Shown here: piece by piece, positions 19,122 to 29,008 of the stretch
Numbering within the stretch: position 1 is the stretch's first letter
Layout: each line of letters begins with the position of its first letter
NCBI GenBank assembly: GCA_034437815.1
Contig: DAOTTC010000072.1
Location: 15,041-79,040 of the forward strand
DNA: 64,000 bases
DNA from: Chloroflexia bacterium
Lineage (GTDB): Bacteria > Chloroflexota > Chloroflexia > QHBQ01 > JADMIH01
Direction of reading: 5' to 3'
The notes under the pieces: generated by a model
Seen by the model: the letters and a program-made list of their open reading frames with translations, nothing else
The model's database searches: none
What the model was told of the DNA's origin: nothing
Made by a program: the position numbers and the translations under genes

Positions 19122-21035
19122 ATGACAGCAGAATATAAAGATAGAGCGCCCGTGCATGCGCCCGCGCAGGCCGGTGCGGAAGCGGGCACTCATACGGACA
19201 ACCCGAATGAGGTGGTGCGCGAAGGCGGCGAGCACGTGCTCACCGACGATCTGGACGCCTTGCTGGCGGCCCTGCCCCCCCACATCGTCAAGCCCCTCAG
19301 AGCCTTCAACGACCGCAATAATCTGCTGGAGGTGGTGATGGATCTGGGGCGTAAGCCCGAAGCCCGTTACCGTGACGGCGAGCGCATCCTCAGCGAGGAC
19401 GAGGTGACCAAGGCCGAAATTGACTACGTGATAAGCCGCATAGGCGAGTTTGGCGGGGATAACCGCGCGGGCATCGAGCGCACACTGCACCGTATCTCCT
19501 GCATCCGCAACCGCAGAGGCGAGGTGGTGGGGCTGACCTGCCGCATCGGGCGTGCGGTGTTCGGCACCATCAACATCATCAAAGATCTGGTGGAGACGGG
19601 CAAGAGCATATTGCTCGTTGGCCCGCCGGGCGTGGGCAAAACCACGCTGTTGCGCGAGTGCGCCAGAGTGCTGGCCGATGAGTTGGGCAAGCGTGTGGTG
19701 GTTGTAGACACGTCTAATGAGATAGCGGGCGATGGTGATATCCCCCACCCGTCCATCGGGCGTGCACGCCGCATGCAGGTGCCGGTGCCTGAGCGCCAGC
19801 ACGCAGTGATGATTGAGGCTGTGGAAAATCACATGCCCGAAGTGATTATCATTGACGAGATAGGCACCGAACTGGAGGCGGCGGCCGCTCGCACCATCGC
19901 TGAACGCGGCGTACAGTTGGTTGGCACCGCGCACGGCACCAGCCTCGAAAACCTGATGCTCAACCCCACCTTGTCCGACCTGCTGGGCGGCATCCAGACG
20001 GTGACGCTGAGCGACGAAGAGGCGAGGCGGCGCGGCACCCAGAAGTCGGTGCTGGAGCGCAAGGCTCCCCCCACCTTCGACATCGTCGTGGAGATACTGG
20101 ACCGCGAGCGGGTGGCCGTGCACCGAGACGTAGCCGAGGTGGTAGACTCGCTGTTGCGTGGCGAGATAATACCCCCTGAGATCAGGACTCGCCGTGCCGA
20201 CGGCAGTATCCATGCCGAGATCGCGCATATCGGGCGTGTCAGGCGTGGGCGCGAGGGTAGCCCGCCCACCAGAAGGGATGGGCGCAGGGGCTACTTCGAA
20301 GCCGCCGTGGGCGGGTTGCCGAGCGCTCCCAGACGGCAGATGCCCTCTCTTCGCCCCGAGCGAATGTCCGGCACTGCACTGCACGGCCAGTACCGGGCTG
20401 AGTGGCCACGCCCTTTTGAGCGAGGGCGGCAGGAAGAAGGCGAGGTGAGGCCGACGCATGGCCACATGTACGAGGAGCACACCCCCACACCCGGTGAGGC
20501 CACCGGCTTACAGGAGCGCGACGAAACTGTAGCCGGCACGAGAGCCATGGGCGTGGCCGCGCGGGCCACAACCAGCAGGCCGCTGCGCGTCTACCCGTTT
20601 GGCGTGAACCGCGACAGGCTGGAGGATGCGATCAAACATTTGCGTGTGCCAGTAAGCATCGTGCGCAACATGGACGACGCCGATATCGTTATGACGCTCA
20701 AGAACTACTACCGCAAAAGCCCGCAGGCGCTGAGGGAAGCCGAAGACCGCCACTTGCCCGTATACGTGCTCAAGAGCAACACGCTGGCACAGGTGGAATC
20801 GGCTCTCGCCGGCATGTTTGATGTAAGCACCCCACCCGACCCGGTGACCGCCGCCCTCGAAGAGACCGAAGACGCGATCCACGAGGTGATGGAGACCGCG
20901 CGCCCTGTGGACCTTTCGCCGCAGGCTTCGCATATACGCAAGCTCCAGCACCAGATGGCCGAGCGCTACAACCTTGGCTCGGTCAGCCGTGGCAAAGAGC
21001 CGTTCAGACGGGTGAGGATTTTCAGGCAGGACTAG
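19122..21035 (+). CDS. Ycf45/SpoIIIAA-like AAA ATPase (R3H-domain ATPase family) with a long Arg-rich low-complexity region and a conserved C-terminal domain
   Basis: Family-typical [16 protein letters not shown], Walker [15 protein letters not shown] and Walker [10 protein letters not shown]. Start chosen at [10 protein letters not shown] (ATG 19122); the track start at 18768 overlaps the upstream gene. Confidence 0.6.
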   Translation: MTAEYKDRAPVHAPAQAGAEAGTHTDNPNEVVREGGEHVLTDDLDALLAALPPHIVKPLRAFNDRNNLLEVVMDLGRKPEARYRDGERILSEDEVTKAEIDYVISRIGEFGGDNRAGIERTLHRISCIRNRRGEVVGLTCRIGRAVFGTINIIKDLVETGKSILLVGPPGVGKTTLLRECARVLADELGKRVVVVDTSNEIAGDGDIPHPSIGRARRMQVPVPERQHAVMIEAVENHMPEVIIIDEIGTELEAAAARTIAERGVQLVGTAHGTSLENLMLNPTLSDLLGGIQTVTLSDEEARRRGTQKSVLERKAPPTFDIVVEILDRERVAVHRDVAEVVDSLLRGEIIPPEIRTRRADGSIHAEIAHIGRVRRGREGSPPTRRDGRRGYFEAAVGGLPSAPRRQMPSLRPERMSGTALHGQYRAEWPRPFERGRQEEGEVRPTHGHMYEEHTPTPGEATGLQERDETVAGTRAMGVAARATTSRPLRVYPFGVNRDRLEDAIKHLRVPVSIVRNMDDADIVMTLKNYYRKSPQALREAEDRHLPVYVLKSNTLAQVESALAGMFDVSTPPDPVTAALEETEDAIHEVMETARPVDLSPQASHIRKLQHQMAERYNLGSVSRGKEPFRRVRIFRQD

Positions 21036-21418
21036 TGCTGCTTCATGGCACTTTGTGTGCGATACAAGCAGCACTTGGGGAGGGCACAGCTCTTTGCCAA
21101 CATAACACCTTGACATCTTGCATGGATATGCACCGGGCAGACAGCAGGCGGCTTGACATCAGCCGGTCTCATCCTCTAACATGGCGGCGTGGACAGCGTG
21201 CGCTTTGAGGGCCGGGCACAGCGGTAGAACGGCGATGGAAGGCGATAGGGGGCGATGGAGGTGGTGGTCTACCACTTCTGCCGATCCTATTTGCGCCTGT
21301 TGACACCCATGCCTCAGATGCGGGGGCCTCGACCACGAGGACCACGAGGTCGAACTTGCGGTAGGGGTGCGGCCATCCCATCCACGGGTCCATACAGCAC
21401 GGTCCATGGTGGAAGGTT

Positions 21419-21748
21419 ATGAAAGCTATTGTTGCTGTAGTGCAGGGCGAAGACACCGTCAGGTTGGGCAATGCGCTCCGTGACAAGGGTATCCGCTTCG
21501 TCACTATTGACAGCACGGGCGGCTTCCTGCGTGAACGCAACACTACCTTCCTGATCGCCATCCCTGATGAGCAGGTCGAATTCGTGCTGGACATCATCAA
21601 GGCCAACTGCCAGACACGCTCCGAGTATGTGTCATCCTATCCATCGGCTTTTGACCCCACCGAATTCTACATGCCCCGTCCCATAGAAGTGCAGGTGGGT
21701 GGGGCTTCGGTATGGATAGTGGACGTGGAGCGGTTTGAGCCGTTGTAG
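21419..21748 (+). CDS. darA: PII-like c-di-AMP receptor protein DarA/PstA (DUF970, YaaQ family)
   Basis: 109 aa: MKAIVAVVQGED...TGGFL...NTTFLIAI...PIEVQVGGASVWIVDVERFEPL. Matches the B. subtilis DarA pattern essentially end-to-end. Confidence 0.75.
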   Translation: MKAIVAVVQGEDTVRLGNALRDKGIRFVTIDSTGGFLRERNTTFLIAIPDEQVEFVLDIIKANCQTRSEYVSSYPSAFDPTEFYMPRPIEVQVGGASVWIVDVERFEPL

Positions 21749-21890
21749 TTTTCAGGAGGCACAGCGTGCAGTGCGGCACATCACACCCCGCAACACAACA
21801 TGGGACAGGGCGATACGCGCTGTCGGTGAGAGAGCCGGGCAGCGCAACCACCACACACGCCACCGACTACATGCCGAGGACAACTGACTG

Positions 21891-22322
21891 ATGGAAGCTT
21901 TTCTTGATTGGGCGAGCAGGGTATTGCCGTTTGTGCTGGCCTGTGTAGCCTCTTACCTGCTGGCCCTTTATTTTGCCACCATTATATGGACGTTTCGCGA
22001 CATTACTGCCCGTACTCGCGATATATTCACAATAGCCATGGCCATGGTGCTTGCGGTGCTTGTGCCTTTTGCCGGGTTGCTCCTCTACCTAATCCTGCGT
22101 CCTAAAGAAACCCTTTCCGAAGCTTATGAGCGCGCTCTAGAAGAGGAATACCTGCTTCAGGACATAGAGGACGCCGAAATCTGCCCTTCTTGCAAGCGCA
22201 GGGTGATGGCCGACTTTGTGTACTGCCCGCACTGTCGCACGAAACTGCGCGACGAGTGCGAGAACTGTGGTCGTCCCATCAATGTGCGTTGGGCTGCCTG
22301 CCCCTATTGTGGCAAGCAGTAG
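21891..22322 (+). CDS. Membrane protein with two N-terminal TM helices and a C-terminal double zinc-ribbon (CxxC x4)
   Basis: CPSCKRR...YCPHCRT...CENCGRP...CPYCGK. The stop codon lies inside a (CAGTAG)n microsatellite. Confidence 0.5.
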   Translation: MEAFLDWASRVLPFVLACVASYLLALYFATIIWTFRDITARTRDIFTIAMAMVLAVLVPFAGLLLYLILRPKETLSEAYERALEEEYLLQDIEDAEICPSCKRRVMADFVYCPHCRTKLRDECENCGRPINVRWAACPYCGKQ

Positions 22323-22597
22323 CAGTAGCAGTAGCAATGGCTCACAGCGGCTCCACACCCCTTATACGGATCATAAATACCGGGGGTGCAGGGGTGCTCC
22401 CCTGCCAGCGGGTACCCTCTGGATGAGGGGTGTCTCTCACTTCCCAATAGGTTATAGCCTTTCTATGAAGGATTGGCATTAGCTCTAGAACGGAGCGTGG
22501 GCGCCCTGCCCACAAATGGCCCAAAGACCGGGTTGGGCATGGTTATTGGGTATGGGTATGGGCATGCCGCCTGCGCTCCGGAAACTGGCCCTTGGTA

Positions 22598-23512
22598 TTA
22601 CCACCTTGGGAAGGTCTCTTCCGCCTCGGCCCGCAGGCGCACGTAGCTCTCGTAGCGAGAACGGTAGATATGGCCTTGCTGCACGGCTTCGCGCACGGCG
22701 CATCCCGGCTCGGCGATGTGGGCGCAATCGTTGAAGCGGCACTGGCCGATGTATGACCGGAACTCGGGGAAGCATTCGGGCAGTTCTTCAGGGGGTACCA
22801 TCCACAGGCCGACCTCTCGTAGGCCCGCAGTGTCCGCAACTGTTATGTCGCCGGGCAACTTTATCAGGTAACCGCCCACGGTGGTGTGGCGGCCCCTGCC
22901 ATAGGCCTGACTTACCTGCCCCACCTTGAGGTTGAGGCCCGGGAAGAGCGCATTGAGCAAACTGGACTTGCCCACCCCCGACGGCCCGACGAACACCGAC
23001 TCTTTGCCCTTTAACGCCGAGCGCAGTTCTTCCAACCCCTCGCCGGTGTACACGCTGGTGAAATGCACCGGATAGCCGGCTGTGATATACGGTTCGAATA
23101 TCGGCTCGATGGCTTTGCGGTCAACGAGGTCCATTTTGTTGACCACGATATGCGCATCCAGTTCGTTGGCCTCGGCTACTACCAGAAACCTATCGAGCAT
23201 ACCGGGCACCGGATCGGGCTGGGCCGCCGCAAATACCACAATGACCTGATCTATGTTGGCGATCAGCACTTGACGGCGAGCAGTGGTGCCCGGCTGGCGG
23301 CGAGCCAGCACGCTCTTGCGGGGCAGGACTTCAACGATAACATACTGGCCGCCCCGCTTTTCCAGCCTCACCCAGTCGCCCACGGCGGGCGGCTCAGCCT
23401 TAAAGAGCTTGCCCCTGATGGGCGATTGTACGGTTTGTCCGTCGAACTGCACGGTGGCAACATCCGCGTACAGGCGGATCACCCTTGCGGTGAGTGCAGA
23501 AGAGTGAGACAT
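22598..23512 (-). CDS. rsgA: Ribosome small-subunit-dependent GTPase A (RsgA/YjeQ)
   Basis: Circularly permuted GTPase motifs (VNKMDL, GPSGVGKSSLLNAL, DTAGLRE) and a C-terminal zinc knuckle (CRFNDCAHIAEPGCAV). Start chosen at the ATG at 23512; the track start at 23548 is a TTG. Confidence 0.85.
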   Translation of the reverse strand: MSHSSALTARVIRLYADVATVQFDGQTVQSPIRGKLFKAEPPAVGDWVRLEKRGGQYVIVEVLPRKSVLARRQPGTTARRQVLIANIDQVIVVFAAAQPDPVPGMLDRFLVVAEANELDAHIVVNKMDLVDRKAIEPIFEPYITAGYPVHFTSVYTGEGLEELRSALKGKESVFVGPSGVGKSSLLNALFPGLNLKVGQVSQAYGRGRHTTVGGYLIKLPGDITVADTAGLREVGLWMVPPEELPECFPEFRSYIGQCRFNDCAHIAEPGCAVREAVQQGHIYRSRYESYVRLRAEAEETFPRW

Positions 23513-23637
23513 CGGCAAGATTATAGGCCGGGCACCTGCCTGCGTCAAGTGATCTGCGATCTGCCGCCGAGGTCACGGCGGGTTACCCAACTAATGGTGC
23601 AGGTTTACGGGGCGCAGGCGGGGACGCCTGCACCGAA

Positions 23638-24753
23638 CTACGCTGGCTGTTCGATAGTACCGCCGCCGAGCACCTCATCCCCCACATACACCACAGCAGA
23701 CTGGCCGGGGGTGATGGCCCGTTGTGGGGTATCGAAATCCACACGCATACGGTTGCCGGGCAAGGGCGTGACCGTTGCGGGCACTTCGGGGGCGCGGTAG
23801 CGGATCTTGACGTTGGCGCGGAAAGGCTCGGCGGGCGTCTGGCGGGATACCCAGTGCACATCGCTTGCCGTAAGGCCGGGCGAGAGGAGTTCCTCCTGAG
23901 TGCCAACCACCACCACGTTGTCGGCGGGGCGCAGGGCAACCACATAGTGTGGCTGTGTGCCCAGCGCGCCCAGACCCTTGCGCTGGCCTATGGTGTAGTG
24001 GGGCACGCCCGTGTGCTGGCCCACGGGGTTGCCTTGTGTGTCCACCATGACGCCCGGTCTAGCCAGACCCGGGGCGGCCTTGTCGAGGAAGGAGCGGTAG
24101 TCATTGTTGGGGATGAAGCATATCTCCTGACTGTCGGGCTTGTCAGCGGTGACCAACCCGCGCTGCGCGGCCAGTTCGCGCACCTGTGCCTTGGTGAGGT
24201 CGCCCAGAGGGAACAGCAGCCTGCTCAGTTCGTCCTGCCCCAGATGGTAAAGCACATATGACTGGTCTTTGGACGGGTCGAGCGCCTTGCGCAGGCGATA
24301 GGTGCTCGACCGCTCGTCGAAGGTGACGCGCGCGTAGTGGCCGGTAGCCAGATAGTCGGCCTCGAGTTGAGAGGCCTTTCTGAGCAGGGCATCGAACTTA
24401 ACGTAGCGGTTGCACATCAGGCAGGGGTATGGGGTGCGGCCCCTGCTGTACTCTTCGATGAAGTTGTCAATGACGGTCTTGCGGAAGTCGCCTTCGAAGT
24501 CCAGCACGTAGAAGGGGATGCCCAGTTCATAGCACACCATGCGTGCGTCGTCCACATCATCCGCCGAACAGCACCCTTTGTTCAGCCTGCCGGAGGCGCC
24601 GGCCGCGCGGCTCTGTGCGTACAGGTGGTGCAGGCGCATATGAACGCCTATCACGTCGTACCCGCGCTCAAGCAACAGAGCCGCAGTGAACGAGCTGTCC
24701 ACGCCGCCGCTCATAGCTACGACCACTCTTTTCTTGTGTGTGTTGTCTACCAT
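23638..24753 (-). CDS. mnmA: tRNA-specific 2-thiouridylase MnmA
   Basis: PP-loop SGGVDSS, catalytic cysteines, and 371 aa. Confidence 0.9.
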   Translation of the reverse strand: MVDNTHKKRVVVAMSGGVDSSFTAALLLERGYDVIGVHMRLHHLYAQSRAAGASGRLNKGCCSADDVDDARMVCYELGIPFYVLDFEGDFRKTVIDNFIEEYSRGRTPYPCLMCNRYVKFDALLRKASQLEADYLATGHYARVTFDERSSTYRLRKALDPSKDQSYVLYHLGQDELSRLLFPLGDLTKAQVRELAAQRGLVTADKPDSQEICFIPNNDYRSFLDKAAPGLARPGVMVDTQGNPVGQHTGVPHYTIGQRKGLGALGTQPHYVVALRPADNVVVVGTQEELLSPGLTASDVHWVSRQTPAEPFRANVKIRYRAPEVPATVTPLPGNRMRVDFDTPQRAITPGQSAVVYVGDEVLGGGTIEQPA

Positions 24754-24831
24754 CTATCTTCTATCTTCTATCTTCCTAGCTTCCTTCGGACGTATACGGT
24801 TAAGTATACCAGATTTCGGCATGCTGTGCTC

Positions 24832-24935
24832 TGATGCTGCTTCATGGCACTTTATGCCACTTTGTGTGCAATAAAGGAGGGGCTTGGGGGCGCAGCCATC
24901 CCCGGCCTTCCCCCATATGGTGCATGAATATGCGC
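24832..24935. repeat. Family-2 palindromic repeat copy
   Basis: TGCTGCTTCATGGCACTTTATGCCACTTTGTGTGCAATAAAGGAGGGGCTTGGGGGCGCAGCCATCCCCGGCCTTCCCCC; the same left end as 21036-21065 and the same core as 26905-26960 and 54178-54225. Confidence 0.7.
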
Positions 24936-24990
24936 TGGGGTTGCGTGGGCATGGGCATGCCCTGGACAATCGAGGCGGGGTCGAGTGCGT

Positions 24991-26811
24991 TTACGGAAGT
25001 AGATAGTAACGGATTGGCCGTCTGCAAATTGTGTCGTGCCGGGCGAGCATATCGGCAAACTGTGCTTCTACGACCGGCGTGATTAGGTATATATTGTCGC
25101 ACAAATGTGGCATCGAGTCCGGCTGTCTCAGGCGACTGAGCACGCCACCAAAATAAAGCGGTGGACGGCTATCGTTTGGGTCAAGGGGCGGGGTGTGCCC
25201 CTCGCTCAGGTTCACGAATCTGTACGCGCCATCCAATTCGAGGCGATAAGCGCCCGCGAAAATAACCTCACCTTCCACATAGGCGCTGTCGTCGTCCACA
25301 AGGGCCACGCCCGCGCCCGGCACAACTTCGGGCAGGCGGTCTTTGAGCAGGGCCGTGACCTGTGCTTCTCGGGTAGGTGATGGCCGCACGGTGTAATCTA
25401 CCCAAGTAGACAGGCCTGTCACAGCGATTAGGATGAGAGGGGCTGTAGCCGCCACATACCGGGATAAGCCTAGCCTCTCCTTCCCCGGCCACCACCTAGC
25501 TATGTGTGCCGCCAGCAAGTGCACCACCCATATATAACCGCACGCCGTGATAATCATGAGCAGGGGCAGGGAGAAGATCAGCCTGCCCACGTGCACGCGC
25601 GAGGTGAGCAGGATAGGCAGGCTAAGACCGAAGAACATGATCAGGAGTGTCTGCTCTTGCAGGCTGTGTAGCCTGCGGCGCAATGCGCGCCACAGCACCA
25701 ATCCAAGCCCCACGATGAAGAACGGCACCAGCACCCCCACATACAGCCTGCCATGCGCGTTCCAGTGGTCGGTGATGGTGGGACGGGTGTCCACATTGAG
25801 CAACAGTCTGGCATAATCTCCGGCGTTCTGGGCAATGAGCCTGAGCATCAGGTCTGTGGGTGTGCCCGGCAGCTTGCCCTGTTGTATCTGCTGCTGTTCC
25901 TCCGGACTGAGCCGGATGTAGTCGGCGTAAGCGCGCGGGTCGGTGTTGAGGGCGGCCACCTGCTCTCCACGTGCGTAATAATAGCTGTTGATAATGCCGG
26001 CGAAGTCGGGCTTTGCGTTGTAGAAGAGCACGCTGACGGCCAAGGGCAGGAACAGGGCAGTCACCGCCAACCCGGCCAGCAGAGCTTTGCGCCGGCCCCG
26101 ACGCACAGCCAACTGCATGCTTATGAGCAGCAGGCTCAGGGGCCACAGGAAGCGAACAGGGGCATAGCCGTAAGCGCCCACCAACAGCAGGCATTGCAGG
26201 GCCGCTAGCCACCGAGGGTTGTCCGGCCGGCTCAGGTAGCGCACGAGCACATAGATGCCGGCCAGCGCAGGCACCAGCGAGATGCCCACCAGCGTGGCCG
26301 AGCGCCCGTAGAGCAGGAAGGATGGCGTCAGCGCCAGCAACACCGCCGCCAGCACACCCTGCCGGTGCCCTGCCAGTTGCCTGCCCACCAGCCAGCACAG
26401 CGGCACGGCCAGTGCGGCCACCAGCGCCACGCTCACGCGCATGGAGGTGAGGCTCACCCCACCCGCCTGAAAACCCAGCCACACCGGCAGGGCTACCAGC
26501 GGGGATTGCCCGCTGTCGGTCATCAGCCCTTCGGTCAGGCGAAAGATGTCCGGAGAAGGGCGGTCCCAGAACTTAAAGAAACGCCATGCCGTGTAGGTCT
26601 CCCAGTTGTACGCGTAGGGAGGCCAGTCGCCGATCCGATAGAGCAGCACAGCCGCCGACAGCAGATAGAGACCCACACCTGTCAGGTGGTCGCTCCACGC
26701 GGCGGCCATGGCTTGCACTTTGTTCCATATAACCGCGCCTGCGGGCCCGGCAGAGGCCACCATCTTTCCGGGGTTGGGCGTTGGTGTTGATACAGGTTTG
26801 GTCTCGTTCAT
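24991..26811 (-). CDS. Polytopic GT-C membrane glycosyltransferase (ArnT/PMT-like, GT39/GT83 family)
   Basis: 606 aa with about 12 predicted TM helices and ArnT/PMT_2-like topology, including a short first periplasmic loop and a large C-terminal soluble domain. Confidence 0.45.
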   Translation of the reverse strand: MNETKPVSTPTPNPGKMVASAGPAGAVIWNKVQAMAAAWSDHLTGVGLYLLSAAVLLYRIGDWPPYAYNWETYTAWRFFKFWDRPSPDIFRLTEGLMTDSGQSPLVALPVWLGFQAGGVSLTSMRVSVALVAALAVPLCWLVGRQLAGHRQGVLAAVLLALTPSFLLYGRSATLVGISLVPALAGIYVLVRYLSRPDNPRWLAALQCLLLVGAYGYAPVRFLWPLSLLLISMQLAVRRGRRKALLAGLAVTALFLPLAVSVLFYNAKPDFAGIINSYYYARGEQVAALNTDPRAYADYIRLSPEEQQQIQQGKLPGTPTDLMLRLIAQNAGDYARLLLNVDTRPTITDHWNAHGRLYVGVLVPFFIVGLGLVLWRALRRRLHSLQEQTLLIMFFGLSLPILLTSRVHVGRLIFSLPLLMIITACGYIWVVHLLAAHIARWWPGKERLGLSRYVAATAPLILIAVTGLSTWVDYTVRPSPTREAQVTALLKDRLPEVVPGAGVALVDDDSAYVEGEVIFAGAYRLELDGAYRFVNLSEGHTPPLDPNDSRPPLYFGGVLSRLRQPDSMPHLCDNIYLITPVVEAQFADMLARHDTICRRPIRYYLLP

Positions 26812-27143
26812 GGGCGTTGGGTTCGTCGCTTGATGACACCCATATTATGCCACGTAACGCCCCGCATCGTAACCCTCACCCCCCACTCTCTCCCCTTCCC
26901 CGGATAGGAGGGGCTTGGGGAGTGCATAGCCCTCCCGGCTCTCTCCTTTCCCCCAAACATCGTGCATGAACGTGCGGCAGTTATGACCGGATGTCAGCCA
27001 CGCGCCTTGACAAAGTGCGATAAGATTGATTACAATGCGCTGTTACCGTGCCATTTCCGACGGCATGAATTGACCCATTCCTGAAGCCAGATCCTAAGAA
27101 GCAAACCGCGACCTGATAACACCCTGAAAGTGAGGGCATCTCT

Positions 27144-28298
27144 ATGATAGAGGTGGAGCACCTGACTAAGTATTACGGTGCCTTTCCCGCCCTGCGCGAC
27201 ATAACATTCAGCGTCGAAAAGGGCGAAATACTGGGCTTTCTCGGACCGAACGGTGCGGGCAAAACCACCACAATGCGTATCATCACAGGATACATCCCTC
27301 CCACTTCAGGCACCGTTCGGGTGGCAGGTTTCGACGTCGTAGAAAAATCTCTGGAAGCCCGCCAGCGGCTGGGCTACCTGCCCGAAAGCGTTCCCCTGTA
27401 CACGGAGCTTACCGTATTCGAATACTTAGACTTCAAAGGTCGCATCTGCGGCATGCACAACGTGCGTGAGCGCAAAGCGCGTATCTACGAGGTCATGGAC
27501 CAACTCAATATCGGTGATGTGGCGGGCAAAGTGATCGGCACCCTGTCCAGAGGCTACCGCCAGCGTGTGGGTCTGGCACAGGCCATCCTGCACAACCCTG
27601 AAGTGCTCATACTGGACGAGCCGACCGTGGGCCTCGACCCCATGCAGATCACCGAGGTGCGCGCCCTGATCAAAGAGCTGGGCCGCAACCACACCATTAT
27701 CCTCAGCACCCACCTCTTGCCCGAAGTGAGCATGGTGTGCGATCGGGTAATCATCATAAACCGCGGGCGGTTGGTGGCGCTGGACACGCCCATCCATCTT
27801 GCGGAAGGAGTGGCGGCCAGTCAGGCAATACAGCTCGAAATCGGGGGCGAGCCTAAAGAAGTGCTAAAGGTGCTGCGCTCGGTCGGTGGGGTGACATCGG
27901 CCAGAGTGGTGCCCCAGCAAACCGGCACACAGATCGCCTACGGTCTAACAGCAGAGCGCGAGATCACCCTGCCCGTGTCCGAAGAGGTGCTCCCCGCTGG
28001 GGTGCACACATACCACATTGACGGCCAGCCGGGCGCCGACCTGCGCCCCAGACTTGCGGCAGCCATCGTGGGCGCAGGCTACGAATTACTCGAACTCAAG
28101 AGCGTGCGCCCCACTCTGGAAGACGTGTTCATCAGCGTCATCTCTCGCGAAGAGGAGTTGGCCGCCGAAGAGGAAGAAGAGGAACTGCTGGCCGCCGAGC
28201 CATCGGCGGCTGTAGAAGAGGAATTTGAGGCGGAGGAAGAAGTGACCACGGCTCCTGTACGCACCCGAATATCAACCAGACGGAGGGTACGTAAGTGA
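27144..28298 (+). CDS. ABC transporter ATP-binding protein (GldA/ABC-2 type) with a poly-Glu acidic C-terminal extension
   Basis: Walker A GPNGAGKTT, ABC signature LSRGYRQR and Walker B LILDEPT. Tail EEELAAEEEEEELLAAE...EEEFEAEEE. Confidence 0.8.
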   Translation: MIEVEHLTKYYGAFPALRDITFSVEKGEILGFLGPNGAGKTTTMRIITGYIPPTSGTVRVAGFDVVEKSLEARQRLGYLPESVPLYTELTVFEYLDFKGRICGMHNVRERKARIYEVMDQLNIGDVAGKVIGTLSRGYRQRVGLAQAILHNPEVLILDEPTVGLDPMQITEVRALIKELGRNHTIILSTHLLPEVSMVCDRVIIINRGRLVALDTPIHLAEGVAASQAIQLEIGGEPKEVLKVLRSVGGVTSARVVPQQTGTQIAYGLTAEREITLPVSEEVLPAGVHTYHIDGQPGADLRPRLAAAIVGAGYELLELKSVRPTLEDVFISVISREEELAAEEEEEELLAAEPSAAVEEEFEAEEEVTTAPVRTRISTRRRVRK

Positions 28299-29008
28299 GG
28301 AATACGTTGTACATCGCAGCTAAAGAACTGCGCTCCTATTTCGTCACACCCATAGCCTATGTGATAGTGGCTTTCTGGCTGGTGGGCACAGGCTTCTTCT
28401 TCTGGTTGTCGGTGACTTTCAACGACCCCAGCCTGCGCAACGTGTTCGGGGTGATCATCGTGTTGCTGCTGTTGATAGCGCCCGCACTGACCATGCGCTT
28501 GCTGGCGGAAGAGGCACGCACCGGCACGTTGGAACTGTTGCTCACCTCGCCGGTACAGGACTGGGCAGTGGTGCTCGGCAAATTTCTGGGTGCCCTTGCC
28601 CTGTACATGAGCATGATCGGCCTCACCCTGTTCTACCCGCTGATCATCGTCATCTTTCGTGGGAACCCCGACTGGGGGCCTGTATGGAGCGGCTATATAG
28701 GGCTGGTACTCGTGGGGATGGCCTTCCTGTCGGTGGGGCTGTTTGCTTCGGCCCTTACCTCTAACCAGATGGTTTCGGCGGTGATCGGCTTTGTGATCCT
28801 GCTGGTGCTGTTCATCATAGGTCAGGTGGCCGGCAACGTTGGGGCAGGTGTGAGCGACTTCCTCGCTAAGCTGTCCCTCAGCGACCGGTTCGACTCGTTC
28901 CCCAGAGGCATCATTGACCTGAAGGATGTGGTGTTTTACCTGTCATTTACGGCGGCGGTGCTGTTCATAACGGTGCAGGTGCTGGAGGCAAGGAGGTATC
29001 GGGCATGA
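28295..29008 (+). CDS. ABC-2 family permease (GldF-like)
   Basis: 237 aa with six TM helices. Its GTG start overlaps the ATPase stop and its stop overlaps the next gene's start (ATGA). Confidence 0.6.
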   Translation: MRNTLYIAAKELRSYFVTPIAYVIVAFWLVGTGFFFWLSVTFNDPSLRNVFGVIIVLLLLIAPALTMRLLAEEARTGTLELLLTSPVQDWAVVLGKFLGALALYMSMIGLTLFYPLIIVIFRGNPDWGPVWSGYIGLVLVGMAFLSVGLFASALTSNQMVSAVIGFVILLVLFIIGQVAGNVGAGVSDFLAKLSLSDRFDSFPRGIIDLKDVVFYLSFTAAVLFITVQVLEARRYRA

